Positions 60,831-64,000 of a DNA stretch of 64,000 bases are shown one piece after another. The notes under the pieces are model-generated. The model was not told the DNA's origin, did not search any database, and worked only from the letters and a program-made list of their open reading frames with translations. Position 1 is the stretch's first letter, and the number at the start of each line of letters is the position of its first letter. Location: the NCBI RefSeq assembly GCF_020745735.1, contig NC_083409.1, positions 5,631,534-5,695,533 on the forward strand, written 5' to 3'. Source of the DNA: Hemiscyllium ocellatum (lineage: Eukaryota). A program made the translations under genes and the position numbers.

Positions 60831-62844
60831 CTCGAAGGAAATGAACAACAAAGTGTGTTTTCTCTGTTGATTGTATTCACCTTGTGTGTGCCACTAAGCA
60901 CCTGAGGAAGGGGCGAGGCTCCGAAAGATTGTGTTGTCTAATAAACATGTTGGTCTATAACCTGGTGTCGTATGATTTTTGACCTTGTCCTCTGATCACA
61001 TTTGGGGTATTCCCACGAACACTGCATGTTCTTGCTTCTCCAGGTCAGGAGGTGGCGAACTTGACAATGGATTTCACAATGGCCTCCATCAGAGAGGACC
61101 CAAAATTCAAGGACAGTGATCAGAGATTACAGGCACAGCTCTTGCTCCTCAGTCGCAGACCCGAACACGATGGGCCCCCTGGGGTCCCAGATACTGGTTG
61201 TTGTGTCTCGGGCCCTGTACATAATGCAAATAGTGTGACTGATCCTTCTGATTGTTCCCAACCTCACCGGGTCCCCACAGTCACTGAGATTAATTAAGTA
61301 CGGCCTTTGCCATATCGGGACCCTGACTGGTGTGAGACAGGCTTAAATGGGTCAATAAGATTAGGGAGTTATAGACACAGATTGCCAAGTGGAAATCTAA
61401 TGTTATGGCTCCAAAAGAGACTGGGTGGGACTGCGGATTCCTCGGTACAAAGTAAAGATAGGCAAGTGGGAAAACTGCGTGAAGTGGTGGGATTGTTCTG
61501 AGACAGACATCGCTGACCAACCTTAGGCCCTGAGATATGATGCAGATGAAGGGTGAACTGTGCCGGGCTTTAACTCACTGTTACCAGAGTAAAACAGGGA
61601 TTACCCATTTCACAAGAGAGCAACTGGAACTGACAAGCCAGGTGCATGTGAAACAGCCACCCCGTCGCAGAAAGTGGGGGGGGGGGTGGTGGCGTTGGGG
61701 GGGTGGGTGGCTGGAACCAGAACAGGGACATTCTCAGACAGAACGGATACCATAAATGATATCATCCCGAGAGTGAAGGGTGGGGACAGTGACACTCCCC
61801 CCAGAGAGTGGGGAAATTAACACTGACACATTTAAGACTGTATTATCACAAGTGAGAATTCAAACAGACATCCAGTTCACCAAACAGTGTGCGTTAGATG
61901 CACTGTCCTCAACAAAACATATTTGCAAATCCCTTTGCAACACATAAGGGGAAAGAATCATTGTAAAATGTATTACCATGAGTGAGGGTCCATTAAAACA
62001 AGGACCATGATATTATATGTTCCCAGCTGTAAACAAACTGGTATATTTACATCTTTGTCTTATTTAACAATATTAAAACCTCGGCGAAACATGTTCCTGC
62101 AGACAGTGTATTTAAAACATCAAGAGGTTTTCCGCATTGTTGGTTTGATCAGTGACGTAGCAAGGAAGCAGCAGCTGCCCCATGAACTCCAACAAAAGAA
62201 TGGGAACAGGCTCTTCATACGGAGCTGGCTCCCGAGAATCCAATTCAACAGCAGGGACCAATGAACAAGGAACAATTCAGCATAGGAACAGGACCTTCGG
62301 TCCTCCAAGCCTGTGCTGACGCATTTTTCCCTTCCATCCAGAAACTGTCTTCACCTACAGGATTCGTATGCCTCTATTCCCTTCCTATTCATGCATTAGT
62401 GCAGGTATTTCTTGAATACTTCTACAGTAATGTGGCCCTCCACCCTGGGTAAAAGTTTAATATTTTTCACCCTAACTATCTCATTCACAACTTTATAAAC
62501 TTCTATCAGGTCACGCCTCATTTTCCCGCATTGCAGTGAAAACAAACCCAGTCTATCCAATCTTTCTTCAGAAGTGCAATCCCCACATACACGACAATGT
62601 TCTGTTAAAAATGTTATGCACCGTCTTCAAATATCCACATCCTTCTGGTAGTGTGGTGACCAGAACTGTATACAATATTCCAAGTGTGGCCGAACTAAAG
62701 TTTTATAAAGCTCCAGCATAAAATGTCTATCCTTCTCCTCAATGCCCCTTCCAATGAAGGCAAACATGCCACAAGCCTTTTTTTACTGCCTTACCGCTCT
62801 GTGCTGGACCTTCAGTGATCTGTGAACATGCACACACAGAATTT

Positions 62845-62950
62845 TTTATCAAAAATCTACTTTATTCATAAAATATTTTGATGATCTGTACAATTGGCCA
62901 TGCCATACATCCATAACATTCCATTTGTTTGCATACTGGGACAGAATAAT

Positions 62951-62986
<36 letters not shown>

Positions 62987-63535
62987 ATTACTTTCCACAT
63001 ATGCAGCTCGGGGGTCAGTGGCGCCCTCTTACTGCTTAGTTCCACTGTGCTTAGGCAGGCAGATGTAACACGGTGGTCTTTCTGCACCTTGCCTTGACGG
63101 CAGCTGCCCCAAGCTTTAGCATGTCCCTGAACACGTAATCCTGGACCTTGAAATGTGCCAGTCTGCAACTCTCAGTCTGGGTCGACTCCTTCAGCTGTAA
63201 TATCAACAGGTTTCAGATCGCCCAGAGAGTTGATGATCCTCCACTCACAGTTGATGTTTGTCTCAGTGTGCGTCCCGGGGAACAGACCGTAAAGCACGGA
63301 GTTCCACGTCACAGCGCTGCTTGGGACAAACCTCGATAAACACCACTGCATTCCTCCCCAGACTTCTTCTGCAGAGGCACATTATAGAAGGAGATGTGTG
63401 ACAGTCTCTTTCCCCCTCCCCCGCAGCAGCTTCAAGGGCAGCGTGCGGTGTGGATGAGAATCCGGGCGTGAATAAAGGATCTCACAGGCAGAGCCCTTCT
63501 CACCACCAGCCAAGCCATGTCTTGATGGTTGTTGC
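62845..63535 (-). mobile_element. Second Tx1/L1-family 3' fragment (decayed)
   Basis: HQDMAWLVVRRALPVRSFIHAR..ARCP..ETVTHLLL*CA..EEVW..MQWCLSRFVPSSAVT..SVLYGLFPGTHTETNINC.WRIIN, followed by a 3' UTR containing (TA)n. Confidence 0.85.
62953..62981 (+). repeat. (TA)n microsatellite
   Basis: About 14 TA units. Confidence 0.95.
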
Positions 63536-64000
63536 ACACCCAGATCCCTCTGCATATCAATACTCCAAAGGATCCTGCTATTCACTGTATAAGTCCCACC
63601 TGTACATCATCTTTCAAAATGCATCACTTTGCATTTGTCTGGATTAAACAACATCTGCCATTTTTCTGTCCAAGCATCCAACTGATCTATATCCTGCCAT
63701 ATCGTCTGACAATCCTTCTCTTTATCTGCAACTCTACTAATCTTTGTATGAACCGTAAATTTAATAATTAGACCAGCTACGCTTTCCTCCAAGTCATTTA
63801 TGGAGATTATGAACAGCAGAGTTCTCGCCACTGACCCCTGTGAAACATCACTAGTCACAGCCCTCCATTCTCCCATCACTGCCGTCTGTCTCCTCTGACT
63901 CAGCCAGTTTTGTATCCAATAATGGGAACATTTTAGACAAGATACTTTGTTTCCAGCTCATTACTGCAACTTGAACCAGTACGGTCAGTAAGAGAAAAAC

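Noticed and set aside
62051-62240. Possible upstream RNase L-like exon (HPFFW-like ...tcccattcttttgttggagt)
   Set aside because: It needs several frameshifts, and no frame gives a convincing RxLRNVGNE...W..K match or the expected exon phases. Left unresolved pending an HMM search.

Overview
Repeat-rich vertebrate genomic DNA, most likely from a shark. This is inferred from HE1-type SINEs, CR1/Penelope/Tx1 retroelements and a cartilaginous-fish-type Ig light chain. Two host loci are recognisable. (1) A complete three-exon Ig light-chain gene of the sigma-cart (type I/NS5) class on + (leader 37190-37238, V already fused to J 37425-37760 with no RSS, C 41766-42094). It splices to an open 237-aa product, i.e. 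a pre-joined VJ gene. (2) Tail-to-tail with it, on -, the last two exons of an RNase L-like kinase-KEN gene (60706-60830 and 53031-53191). The KEN catalytic His is replaced by Tyr and the last exon has two frameshifts and a stop, so it is probably a pseudogene whose 5' part lies beyond the window. The region upstream of the V gene has an old inverted paralogous copy about 20 kb away, and both copies keep an ETS-IRF/E-box/RUNX/CCAAT motif cluster. The rest is nested mobile-element debris: many CR1 fragments and SINEs, a fragmented Gmr1-order Gypsy element, a tandem Tx1 array with a 488-codon ORF, and Penelope-like pieces with minimal hammerhead ribozymes. One Penelope insertion carries a 10-copy array of its own GIY-YIG motif. 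All homology calls are by eye and memory, with no database search. Mobile-element boundaries are approximate.
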